Below, in pieces: positions 15,001-25,915 of a stretch of DNA of 64,000 bases. The notes beneath the pieces are model-generated. The model ran no database searches and was not told the DNA's origin. It was given only the letters and a program-made list of their open reading frames with translations. Numbering within the stretch: position 1 is the stretch's first letter; the number at the start of each line of letters is the position of its first letter. Location: the NCBI GenBank assembly GCA_977030845.1, contig OZ365110.1, positions 19,282,001 through 19,346,000 on the forward strand, given 5' to 3'. This DNA comes from Fimbriosthenelais zetlandica (Eukaryota). Made by a program: the position numbers and the translations under genes.

Positions 15001-18000
15001 TGTGCTTGAGCTCAGCTTTTCTTTGAATTAATTCAATCAGATGAAGAAAATCTTGGTTAATGTAGAAAAGAACAAAACGTTTTTCACTCACCTTGTACAT
15101 TGAGGTAGACGTAGATAGATCGTAGTGTTTTAGCAGGCGTACGTAGCACACACCTGTAGTAGCCCCGGTTTCTGATAGCCACTGGGTTGATGCGCAGCTT
15201 GCCACCCTTCAATACACGGTAGTTGTCAGTGCGCGTTCCCAGCTTCTTGTCGAGACGTTCCCACGTCACGCTGGGTTTAGGGTTCCCGCTGGCCTCACAG
15301 TGGAACGTGTGACGTCCACCGACTAGGACGGTCGCGTTGCGAGGAGTACGCTCAATGTGGATACCTGAAATCATAGGAAAAAGTGATATGTTAACGTGGA
15401 ATTATTAAAGTTTACAGTGTACAGAGTAGTGATTGGGGCTATTGCACCCTATGCAGCAAAACAATTTAGGGGCTATTAAAAACTTTTGCAACGCTTTTTT
15501 GCTCCAAAATTGAGACCACCCTCCCTGTAACACTATACATGTAATGTTTTACACCATGTTTTGTACCTTTATTAAGGCTTTATGGGGAGTAACACAATGC
15601 TTTACCTGCCCCACAGCCTTCCTTGTTATTTTTAATGACCCATTAATGGTTAGGCCTATAACATTTTTCGCCAGTGTCTCTGGCATACAGCGGGCCGGAT
15701 AACAGGAGATTCAATTATATTACCTTTTCATGGCTCTGCCGTAATAATACATGATCATCCATACGAAAAAAATAGATTAATCCAAATGAGGAATCTACCA
15801 AGTTCGTTATTATATTATTAATCAAACCTCAAACGTTATTTATAGAATTCAGATGTTCAACATTCTATCTATACAAATCTCATTTTCTGGTGTATAGTCT
15901 TTCATTAAAAAAAAATATTCACAAATATATGAGAAAATACGTCATAATATGATTTACGGCCAATTGAAAAAAAAAAGAAAGCTCAAATGGAAAACAATCG
16001 GCGTACACTAAAATGACTGAGGGAGGATCTTTTAAGGTAACAGATATAAGGGGCTTGTTACGGTTGGTCGGGAAGAGGAGATGCAAAGAATGCCACAAAT
16101 TTCAGTCAGAGGTGGGAGAGGAAAATTTAGAGAAATGATTAAAATGTTTGCGGTCTAGCATCAGTAAGAAAAACAATGACAAGCCGACCTAGAGAGGACC
16201 AAGTTCAGAAGGCATGTACCGGCAAGAATAATATAGTGTTATAATAACATCATTGACTTTAACTCAGGTATTCTGCTATCGACTCATTTTAGTTCCCCTC
16301 ATATATCATTTCATTTTAATTGATATATCAAAAGATCTCCAAGTCATTTAGAACAGAATATTTTTTAATTTCCTATGTACCGTAATTATAGATGCGGGCC
16401 ATTCCATTACTCTAAACACAAATAATGGTTGGCTTCGCTAATGGCAGGGCCTAGAGATCATCTTTGACTTTCCAACTGGGAATTTGCAGATGTCGTACTA
16501 TTTTGAGACAGAAACAGTCAGTGAAATATACAGGCAATATTATCAAGTAGCATAAAAGGCTGTAGAAGCCTAACACCGGTAGGTAACGTTAAATTTCGAA
16601 GATCAGAAGCTTGATTCGGTTTTTTCCTTGTCAGTATTTCTTTTCATTAATTTAACACATCATTGTTGACCATGACCAGGTAGGTGAGAGTACTTGGCAC
16701 AGCTCTGGTCCTTATCTTTGTTCAATGATTAATCAATCATCGCCCCACACAGCCCCCTCCCGCTACAGATAATGATGAAATGTAGCATTAGTAATCACCA
16801 ATGGCAGGCTGCAGCACTGTGCGCCCGGACAAGACAAAGAGTGAATCAGTCACAATAAAACCCCCTACAATTAGGAGAGCTATTTCCAAGCTCTATCCGT
16901 CAACACCGGGTTTAATCAAAATTCAGTACCCACTAAATCTCACTTAAAACAAAAATTATTTCTTAAAATTCGTCATCATACCAATCTCCATCAATAATAT
17001 TATTTAGGAAATCCAATGCTATAAGATAAAATATGAGAATGTTTATGTTTGGGATATTTTAACAGTAATGATTTTACGAAGAACTTAGGCAATAAATTTG
17101 GTGGCAATCAGTGAAAATTGAATTCAAGAGGAAAAACACATCAAAGAGTAACAGGAATTGCAGCGCCTCAAGCGAGCATTGAGGTGTAAAAAAAATTATG
17201 AATTATGACGTCTACATACCAACAAGTTGTATACAAATATGGCTAATAAAGACAACAAAAAATGGACAGCGATATTGTTGTCAACAGAAATGTTTTCCAA
17301 CAGTCACTGAGTGCCGATAAGAAATCCCAGCTTCCTTAGTTACGAACTAATTTCGTCACTACACAATTACATTCTTTTTTTTTTTATTCAAGTACAATTA
17401 TAAGAAATATAATTGAACAGCAATATAGTTTCTGAATCTCAGAGAATTCATGAACGTCAAGATGAATAAACAAATTGTCCGGATCTGGTCCTTGATTTTA
17501 ATTTTTATGCATCAGGAACATATTAAGGGAAAGTTGCAAAGTTATACCTTGTGTATAGGCCTACATTCAGCATGCAAGCCTAGGTTTTGCCACTGAGAGA
17601 AATATTTTACTCAAAGCAAAGTATTTCTCTGCAGTGGTTATGTTATATTATATAGCCAAGGCAATGCAATATAGCTCATATTACTGTATTAGGCTGAGAT
17701 GTGTTTACAGTATGGTGTTTAGTTGCAACAGAACTTGCTGGGAAAACATAGGTACATTGTTCCCGCATTCCCAGGGGCCTCCAGGTGGGTTATTATCCTC
17801 ATCAAATCATATCTTCATTACATAATCTTTATACGCCATGACAGGGGGATCATGGATTTTTTGGGTAGGAGGCGGGGTGGTGGGGGGGGATTGATATTGG
17901 AATCGCGATTATTCTGACAGATTAAAAGGATGAATACATTGTATACGGGTATCTGAAAATCAATTGACTAGTTGCATATAACCTCATACATCCATTAGCC

Positions 18001-19907
18001 CATATCACACCAAGAAGAATTAAGATTCAACTTCTGAATACATTTTTGAAAAAAATTGTGTTTGTGATATCCAATCATCAGATGCAAAAGATGGCATCCG
18101 TGTGGACGTCCTGATTAAAATTAAAAGGACAGTTGGCACACATAAAATCGTGCCTCCACAAATAAAGGACACTTTAATATCATGAATGCAAGATGAGCCC
18201 ACAACGCTGGATGCCATAATCGTCTGGACCCTGGCTTCTTACTTCACTGAAAATGTTTTCAAATCAGATGCACATTCATCGTATTTATGGCAACGGTTTT
18301 TGAGATTCAATAATTAATTACGTAATAATTATGTTGAACTTCCTTCAGTATTTTGCTTGATATATATTTCTTGCGTTTAATATAACTTTATATACCGTAT
18401 ACCGTATACTAGTACCGGTGTTGTGAATTCGTATGAGGCCTGGAGTGGAATTTGATATTTTGATGGAATACGACACATATATGTACCTCATGCATGATGC
18501 GTACTACATGGCATGACTACTCTCTAATATTTTTCTGATTTTTAGCCCCGCCCATCTGATGTAATAGTACCGGGGTATATGATTTTATGGTCAGTTCTCA
18601 GGCATCATAATAGCCTTTGATACTGTATTACACATAACACATTATACATGTGTGTACATACATAGGCCCTAGTATATATACTCAGTCTATACATATATAC
18701 AGAAACACTGCCAACTCTCCCACAGAACAGCATTAGGATGATAACAATAGCTCGTCCCATTTACAGGTGTACAAGGCACCAGCAAGTCATCATCATATCA
18801 CTGGGAATGGGGAGGCTGGTGGAGCCAGGCTGGTCTCAGGCCAGAAAGCAAACAAACCAGGGTAAACAATTAGAATAGGGGACAAGGGGGTCTGGTGAGT
18901 GGAGGGTTTAGATTTTGTGAGCATGGAAAAGGAAGGATCTATATCATATGGAAAAAATATGGAAGCAGACATGAAAATAAAAATTAATATTCTTCTAAAA
19001 CATGTGAAACCACTCTAAAACGTTGTGAATACTTCCATAAATGAACGCAATATTTAGTTGTAAGTAGCGTACCCGGTATATTGAAAATAAATGATCTATT
19101 ATAATTATCGGTACCGGAATGCGTTTTTTTAAAAATTCGAATGGGAATTTGAATAAATTAATCAAAATTTGGAAAGTGGCCAGACATTCGTGACAAGTCC
19201 AGTCATTGTTCAGTCCAGTACAGGCAGTACACTCATAGAGTCCTAAGTTTGCACTGCAGTGTAATATAATTATGGGGACAGTATAATATTCCCTACTTTA
19301 ATTTAGATGCATCTGGTGCCCTGCACTCATTAAGAACCCTAGGTAGGTCCTCTTATGATTGCCTGGTCTGGGTCACAATGGGGACCGACAAAGCCCCATT
19401 ACAATACACACCAAAAATAATTAAGTCGGTCTTTCAAGCATAGCATAACTTCTTTCGTGGATTTCTTATAGACACATTTCTGAAAGATTCTCTTCTTTTT
19501 CTGAAAGATCTTTTAATGTGAATCTCTGGATTAAAATTGAATTGTGAATGCATAGGTATAAAATAGTGAAATGACAGATTAGGCAATAAAATTCCTGTGT
19601 CTATGTTGTGCGTGCGTGTATGAGTCAGACCGTTGGGCAGGCGTTTGCAGGTTGCCTTGGTCTGGTTCCTGCAGCTGCAGGGCTGCACTGTCATTGTCAC
19701 ACCCCCTCCTCCCACCCTCCATCCCCATCCCACCCTCGTGCACTGCACAAACGCCCACCCACTCTCGCATAGGCCTACTCCTCCACCCAGCCGCCCTAGC
19801 ACGGTACACAAATTCAACCACAAAATGCATTCGTAAAACTTACCACCTCCATGGACTAATACCCATGTCTGCAAACAGAAGAGGCAGAGGAAGCCTAGCA
19901 TCCACAT
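1..19907 (-). CDS. MUSK: MuSK-like receptor tyrosine kinase, 5' part, 3'-truncated by window edge; join(19844-19907,15092-15364,14769-14893,14241-14388,793-802,266-517,<1-156)
   Basis: Exon 1 encodes a signal peptide MWMLGFLCLFCLQTWVLVHGG ending at a GTAAGT donor. It is followed by an Ig domain (FHCEASGNPKPSVTW...GYYRC), a second Ig split over two exons (LKCSAVGIPVPQVSW...YECIAENKH) and a Frizzled-type CRD (GYCIPYNGTVC...LLCHYAFPDC...PLCR|ENCLATKELFCLHEW...FRLPNCTALPSMH). The KELFC..EW and LPSMH motifs match MuSK/Nrk rather than ROR. All junctions are GT-AG and phase-compatible once the 793-802 microexon is included. Kinase domain lies outside the window. Confidence 0.88.
793..802 (-). CDS. 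10-nt microexon of MuSK-like gene (ATGACGCAAA, phase 1 to 2, gives D-D-A-K)
   Basis: On the minus strand a long pyrimidine tract ends AACAAACAG|, and the exon is followed by |GTGAGT. It supplies exactly the phase change needed between 14241 (phase 1) and 517 (phase 2). Confidence 0.65.
10753..10919. mobile_element. Small degenerate palindromic element (MITE or foldback remnant)
   Basis: 13-bp perfect inverted repeat TGCGTGCGTTGCA (10753-10765) / TGCAACGCACGCA (10907-10919) enclosing several TGGCGA/TCGCCA motifs. Confidence 0.5.
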
Positions 19908-20959
19908 TTCTGCGGAGGAGGAGGGTCGGGGAAGCAACGGGCATCGCCCCGGCCACCAGCGGTGCCTGGCCCGGCCCTGCTGCACGGGGAGAGCCGGGGG
20001 CCAAAACCACCTCCACCAACACCCGGCGCTTTAACAGCCAAAGTTCACTGCTAAATCCAAATTAAATCAACTTCCTTCCCTTCCATCGTCACTCTGGTCA
20101 ACGTACGTCCTTATTTGCCACATTATGTCACTTTTTCTGTCACTTCCCGCATAGTTATTGAAGTAAATCCAGTAAGTGATTCACACAAAACACGAGCTTG
20201 GCCAGGGTTGAGTGAGGTTAAGCGAGCTGCGCAGTGAGGATCAATTTGAGCACTCACTGCGCATAACAAAGCCACATGGCTTCCGGTCGCCATTAGAGAT
20301 CACCGGAGCGAGCGTTACTGTTATACATGATGTCTACACTTTATCCCGATTGACCAGGAAACACACGGAGTCAATTCATTGGTGTTTACATGAGAACGGC
20401 AATTCGATATCTGGTTCAAAGGTCGTCCTCATTCATAACTTTTGGAGGTATCGTCTGAAACCTCACGAGAGATCGTCTGCTAAAATCACAACTAATGAAC
20501 AGCGTTGTGACAGTTACCCTTATCTCCAAACCTGAAAGTACGACCATCACGCCGTCTGTCAGCGCTCACCGGAGATAGCCACACAAACCGGCACAAGCCT
20601 CGAGCAGAGCGTGCCTGGATGTGGTTACCATGGCAATGCATGCGCGGCAAGCATGTATTGATTTGTATGGGGAGGGAGAGAAACGAAAGTGCGGGGGGTG
20701 GGGCGCACATCCAGGGCCGTGGATATTGGTGAAAGAGTGCCAGACCTGACAAATAGGCTCCAGATCAAACTTGGTGATGAGCATAGGGGAGGAGCTGGAT
20801 GCCAGGATGGGAAGGGGGAGGGATTGCACTTGGGAAGAGGAAAAGGCAGGTAGGCCTATAGGCCTAAGGCTAAGGGTTTTAGTTAGAATTCTGGGAAAAT
20901 GAGTGACAACAAAAGAGGCAGAGAGCTTAGATTTTCAATTAAGACAGATTTCATTTTAA

Positions 20960-22790
20960 GGGGTAAAATGTCCGTCAAATTTTCGTGGAAACATTTTGAC
21001 TTCCAGGATTTAATCATGCCCCCCAAAAATACATAGGGACAAACATACGGAGATTGCTAATGGACATAATCAGCAATTTTCATTTTTAACCATTTTTTAC
21101 ACGTATTTTGTTGAAAAATACGTGTGCGAACGTCATTTTTTTGACGGAACGAGGTCCCGCCCAAAAATGGGTTGGTTTTAAACTGTTCTTTTGTCAAGTA
21201 GGTACAATATTTCCTCTCTTATTTTATTCATATGTGATAGCTAGTATCTCCTATACTGACGCCAGAAGATAAATAATATTTAAAATGCACAACACTTTCC
21301 ATAAAATGGATTCAAGTATAAAAAAGACATTTCAGGAAACTGTCTGTCAAAGAAAATGACGTTCGCACTCATGTGAAACATGGCTTTCATATTCGTTACA
21401 ATTTGTATTAGGGCTATAATGAATACGTAGGGCGACATTACAAAGTTTCGTCCATCAGTTTCAGTGAAATATTGCCATTAAAATGCTTATTATATATGTG
21501 AAAACATACAATATATTTGTGCGAACGTCATTTCTGTCAAAAAACGTCAGTGACGTTCGCAACAAACACTGAGGGTGGATTCTTTACTTCCTGCTACTTC
21601 CAAGTCTCACCACCAAGGGGACTGAATGATATTTCACTTCTCAAGATCAATGGTGGATATTTGGTGCATGTGGAAGTTTCAAGTTTCTGTTTATTTAACC
21701 AAACTCCATGTCTGTCAAACATTTTGTCCATGTTCGCACAAATGACGTTCGCACAAATTAAAATGTCCGTCAAACTTAATGACGTTCGCAACATATAGAA
21801 AATCTAATTTATGGGGCTCCAAGGCCTTTATATATAGATGTCAATTAATTACTAGCAACTTTTCAAAATTATAATGCCACATGGAGCTTTACATTGAAAG
21901 TTTAGTCTTCCAGGTTGAATATTTATTCATAAATATATGTGCTAACGTCATATAAATGTCTGTCAAGAAATGACGTTCGCAACTGACAGAAAAAGTCTGT
22001 CAAGAAATGACGTTCGCAACTGAATGACGTTAGCACATTCTTAAACTGGCCTTTGCCTAGGATTGGGCAGCTACTATTTCAATTTGAGCTTAGTTTTGGT
22101 AAGATAATTATATTTCATTGTTTCATATAGATTATTATGATGGAATTATTTGCTGTAGGAATGAATATAACATGGAAATTAAATTTGACGGAAAATGACG
22201 TTCGCAACTGAATGACGTTAGCACATTCTTAAACTGGCCTTTGCCTAGGATTGGGCAGCTACTATTTCAATTTGAGCTTAGTTTTGGTAAGATAATTATA
22301 TGTCATTGTTTCATATAGATTATTATGATGGAATTATTTGCAGTAGGAATGAATAACATGGAAATTAAATTTGACGGAAAATGACGTTCGCAACTGAATG
22401 ACGTTAGCACATTCTTAAACTGGCCTTTGCCTAGGATTGGGCAGCAACTATTTCAAATTGAGCTTAGTTTTGGTAAGATAATTATATTTCATTGTTTCAT
22501 ATAGATTATTATGATGGAATTATTTGCTGTAGGAATGAATAACATGGAAATTAAATTTGACGGAAAATGACGTTCGCACATTATATAATGTTGCGAACGT
22601 CATAATTTGACGGACTTTTGTGCGAACGTCATTCAATTTAATTATGTCAACAGCATTTAGAAATAAATGCATGCCCAGCTTTGATTTTTACAATTTCTGC
22701 AATCATTTTACTCCTATTTATATTTGCAAGGCAAATCCAGCAGGAAAAATAATATTTTTTAACTACTTGCCGACGGGACCTCTTATGTGA
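20960..22790. repeat. Array of short motifs TGACGTTCGCA and TTTGACGGA/TCTGTCAA in both orientations, probably a non-autonomous DNA transposon or foldback-like element
   Basis: 13 exact TGACGTTCGCA copies counted by eye (21125, 21357, 21520, 21551, 21743, 21780, 21971, 22008, 22196, 22382, 22568, 22592, 22621) plus variants. The repeat is certain; the transposon origin is inferred. Confidence 0.7.
22005..22580. repeat. Tandem repeat, 3 near-identical copies of a 186-188 bp unit
   Basis: The unit start AAATGACGTTCGCA recurs with its TGACG at 22008, 22196, 22382 and 22568. Intervening sequence is almost identical (CACATTCTTAAACTGGCCTTTGCCTAGGATTGGGCAG...). Confidence 0.95.
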
Positions 22791-23735
22791 AATCTGTCCT
22801 AAGGCTAATTTTATGTCTCTCGATGGTAGGCTATAGAAGGTCTACTTTAGGCCCTATGGGTCCAAAATTGGTTTTCTCCCAAAGGCAAAGGATGACGTTA
22901 CCATGAGAAATCTGACCGAGAAATGAATAGCCACATAATAGGCTAAATTTCATTTCCGTGAATTAAATCTCTACTCCCCTCCTAGATAGGCATAGGGGGT
23001 CAATGTTTTCTTGCTTGTCAGTAGGCTACGGGTAAGAGTAATACTGGCGAAAAACCAGCATATTTAATCCCGGGATCTAGTCAGAACTAACACGTTCTAA
23101 AGACATTTACAATCTGAAACTCTAACGTTAGGCCTACTTTTGCTATTCACTCTAAAAAAATTCATTTCAGACTTTTATGATACCGGTAGGTAGACTATCA
23201 AACTCCCATTTTTTTTCTATTCACATGGAAAAAATCGTTTGTCGCTTTTGGAACTTAACGTCTCTTTGTCAGTAATTATAATTATTTAGGCCCTTTGTCG
23301 CCTGTTAGTAAACCCCGTTATTACCATTCTGAAGTTAGCTATTCAATCCTCTGTGGTGTATACCGACTCTAAAACGCTTGCTACGGGAAATGCTCGCTTG
23401 GCCTCGGCAGTTGTCAAGGTGGGGAGATTTCTGACGGGCCTGTTAAGATCTGTTAGAGGCCGATCAACTGATGTTCATTATGCCGGCGCTAGCTGACTGT
23501 GTTCCGAGAAAGCTAATCTAAGATTCCCCTAGCCTAAGAATTTTCTCCGAGCAAGTGTAGGCGTTCGAACCCCCCACTTGACCACAATTGGAGATTTTTT
23601 TACTTTCCTAGTTCTAAAGCATTGGTTGAGGCGGGTAATAGAGAAACTTCACCTTGTGATTCCTTATAGCATTACAACTCAACACAGATATACAAATGAC
23701 TTAAATTGAATTCCCCTCATTTCACCCTTCCCACT

Positions 23736-23790
<55 letters not shown>
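23736..23790. repeat. (TCTA)n microsatellite, about 14 units
   Basis: Direct reading. Confidence 0.97.
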
Positions 23791-24408
23791 GCCTGTCTTT
23801 CTCACTATACTATCTCATCTTCTCTGAGTTCTCCCAGTCTCCCACCCTGTCTTACTTAGCCACTCTCCCATTCACTATACCACCCTCACCCTCCCTTATA
23901 CCTTCTCCTATACTATCTCTCCCAAACCCCACGCTCTCCACTGTCTCTTATATTCTCCTGGGCACATTCTTTCCCTTTCCTCCAGCCATCTCTCCCCTCT
24001 GTCCTTAACCCTGTCTCTCATCCACTCCGAATCTCATCATCTCCTTTCTAATTGGGGTTTGTTTCATAGAATATTTTCAATAATTTACTAATTTCTCGCA
24101 TACCCATATTTGGGGCAATTTTCATAAAATATTTCAGAATATTATCTGTCACCCTTTTGGGGACATTTTATCTACAACTATCATTTGCACCATCACCATA
24201 TCTCTCTCTGTGTTTGGGGCATGTTTCATAACAAATATTTCCATACTTCTCCCTACATGTACCCGCCCCCACCACACACACACTCACCTCAGTAATTTCC
24301 AATACCCATCACCCTATTCGTAGCGTTATTAAATATTTCTACCACTATCTCCCATCTATCATCTTACACCCTCCAAACAAAATTTAATGATAAAAATACA
24401 AAGAAATG

Positions 24409-24739
24409 TTTTTTTTGGTGAGATAGTCTTAGTCAACCGAATCCATACACCCTTGCGTCCATATCCCTGGCGAGGCTAGACACTTGATAACCAGCTAACA
24501 ATGTGGCGAATTGCTCTTTGGCCATACACACATCATTAGCTGCAAGCGTTTTACCTCTACGGGAGGACGCGGGCCCATGCAAATCATGCTATGATCAGAA
24601 CATGGGAGACTTCACCAGTCTTTCACTTGAAACTTACAGACGGGACCACAACCATGGCTGCTGTGGGGGTTCGAACCCACGAGTCTGTTAACACTTACAT
24701 CAGACTACCAGCACACTTGACCACTCGGCCACTGAGGAC
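24409..24739 (-). mobile_element. tRNA-derived SINE, about 330 bp
   Basis: On the minus strand: Pol III box A TGGCCGAGTGG (24731-24721), box B GGTTCGAACCC (24667-24678), about 240 bp of body and an A8 tail (T8 at 24409-24416 on plus). No intact cloverleaf. Confidence 0.7.
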
Positions 24740-24945
24740 AGCCATTAGACATGGTAAATCAAATGGTAATATTTCCAGAATCTCCCCAACCGCGGAGGTT
24801 TTCGGCATTATTCTACTGATCAGACACATTAAGCTGATCCATTCTGTGGTTTTTAAAAGTTTTAAATTATGAATTTATCTGAAATTTTCTTCTTCTCCGT
24901 CGCTCATTAATTCATTTATTACTTCAGAATGGTCAAGACCATTCT

Positions 24946-25025
24946 ACCTTATCAGTCTTATCTACCTTATCGGTCTTATAGTCTTATCAGTCTTATCTAC
25001 CTTATCAGTCTTATGAACCTTATCA
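24946..25025. repeat. Degenerate short tandem repeat built on CTTATCAGTCTTATCTAC
   Basis: Repeated CTTATC(A/G)GT units; a similar motif recurs near 25605-25640. Confidence 0.7.
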
Positions 25026-25451
25026 ATCATTCTGGCATTCAAGCTTTCTGGACGACTCTGCGGTTAGAAAAAAAGTGTATTTGTTTGTTCACAAACAACT
25101 TCTGTTAGGTGACCACACATTACCTCAATAGAGATACACGATACACAAGTTTTAAGACATGTTAAGTGAATTTCAGCCAGCCTATATAATTTCTTTTCTT
25201 ATCAATATCTTCACATATTTTTTCTCTTTCACTTTCTGTCTATGGGTCTGTCTATCTATCTGTCTGTCGGGGTGTCTGTCTATCTGTCAGTGTGTCTTTC
25301 CATTTCTATTTCTCTCCTCCCCCAACTACCGCTTTTTTTTATGAGAAACGTAGATTAACATTCACTGCACCACTTGCTTTGATTGTTCCCTCCCACCCAA
25401 CCCAACTCCCTTACTTGTATAAAGTTTATATACACCAGAGCTCTTATAGCA

Positions 25452-25541
25452 GATTTGGTGGCCGAAATGGTTTAGGTGCCATTTAGAGTAGTACAAGAAC
25501 ACAAGAACATGGGTTCGAATCCCACCAAGGTCACAATTTTT
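25452..25541 (+). pseudogene. Degenerate tRNA-like unit or SINE head with Pol III boxes and T5 terminator
   Basis: Box A TGGCCGAAATGG (25459-25470), T-loop/box B TGGGTTCGAATCCCA (25510-25524), partial acceptor-stem pairing and TTTTT at 25537-25541. The anticodon arm does not pair, so it is not a functional tRNA. Confidence 0.5.
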
Positions 25542-25915
25542 CCTATCACCATGATTTTGCTCATTACTTAATAATTCATGTCCTCCATTAAACGATTAAA
25601 CCATTATCAGTCTCATCAGTATTTTCAGTCTTATCTATCTTATTGAACTGTATCCAAATCTTTACTTTTGATAAACCTGAACCTTGGCCTAATAAGTATG
25701 GATTTTTAAAAGCAATAAAACTTAAATCATTCCTTTATTCATCCATTCTGAAGTATTGTTGAATAACATTCATTGGCCTTGTATCCTCTCATACACTCTT
25801 TTGCTCCCCTCCGCTCATGAACCCGTTCATCTTTTTGCCGGGAGAGGGAGGTGTAGGGCCTTCACTGGTGCCCCCTGGCTCCCCCTAGCCGATATTCTTG
25901 TAAACGCAGTCCAAG

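Noticed and set aside
19434-20065. Overlapping long ORFs (183 aa minus, 149 aa plus)
   Set aside because: The minus ORF is MuSK exon 1 plus 5' leader and intron read-through in GC-rich DNA; the plus ORF is its antisense shadow with no recognisable protein features.
22005-22580. CRISPR-like appearance of repeated 11-mers with spacers
   Set aside because: Eukaryotic context, the long spacers are identical to each other, repeats occur in both orientations and there are no cas genes.
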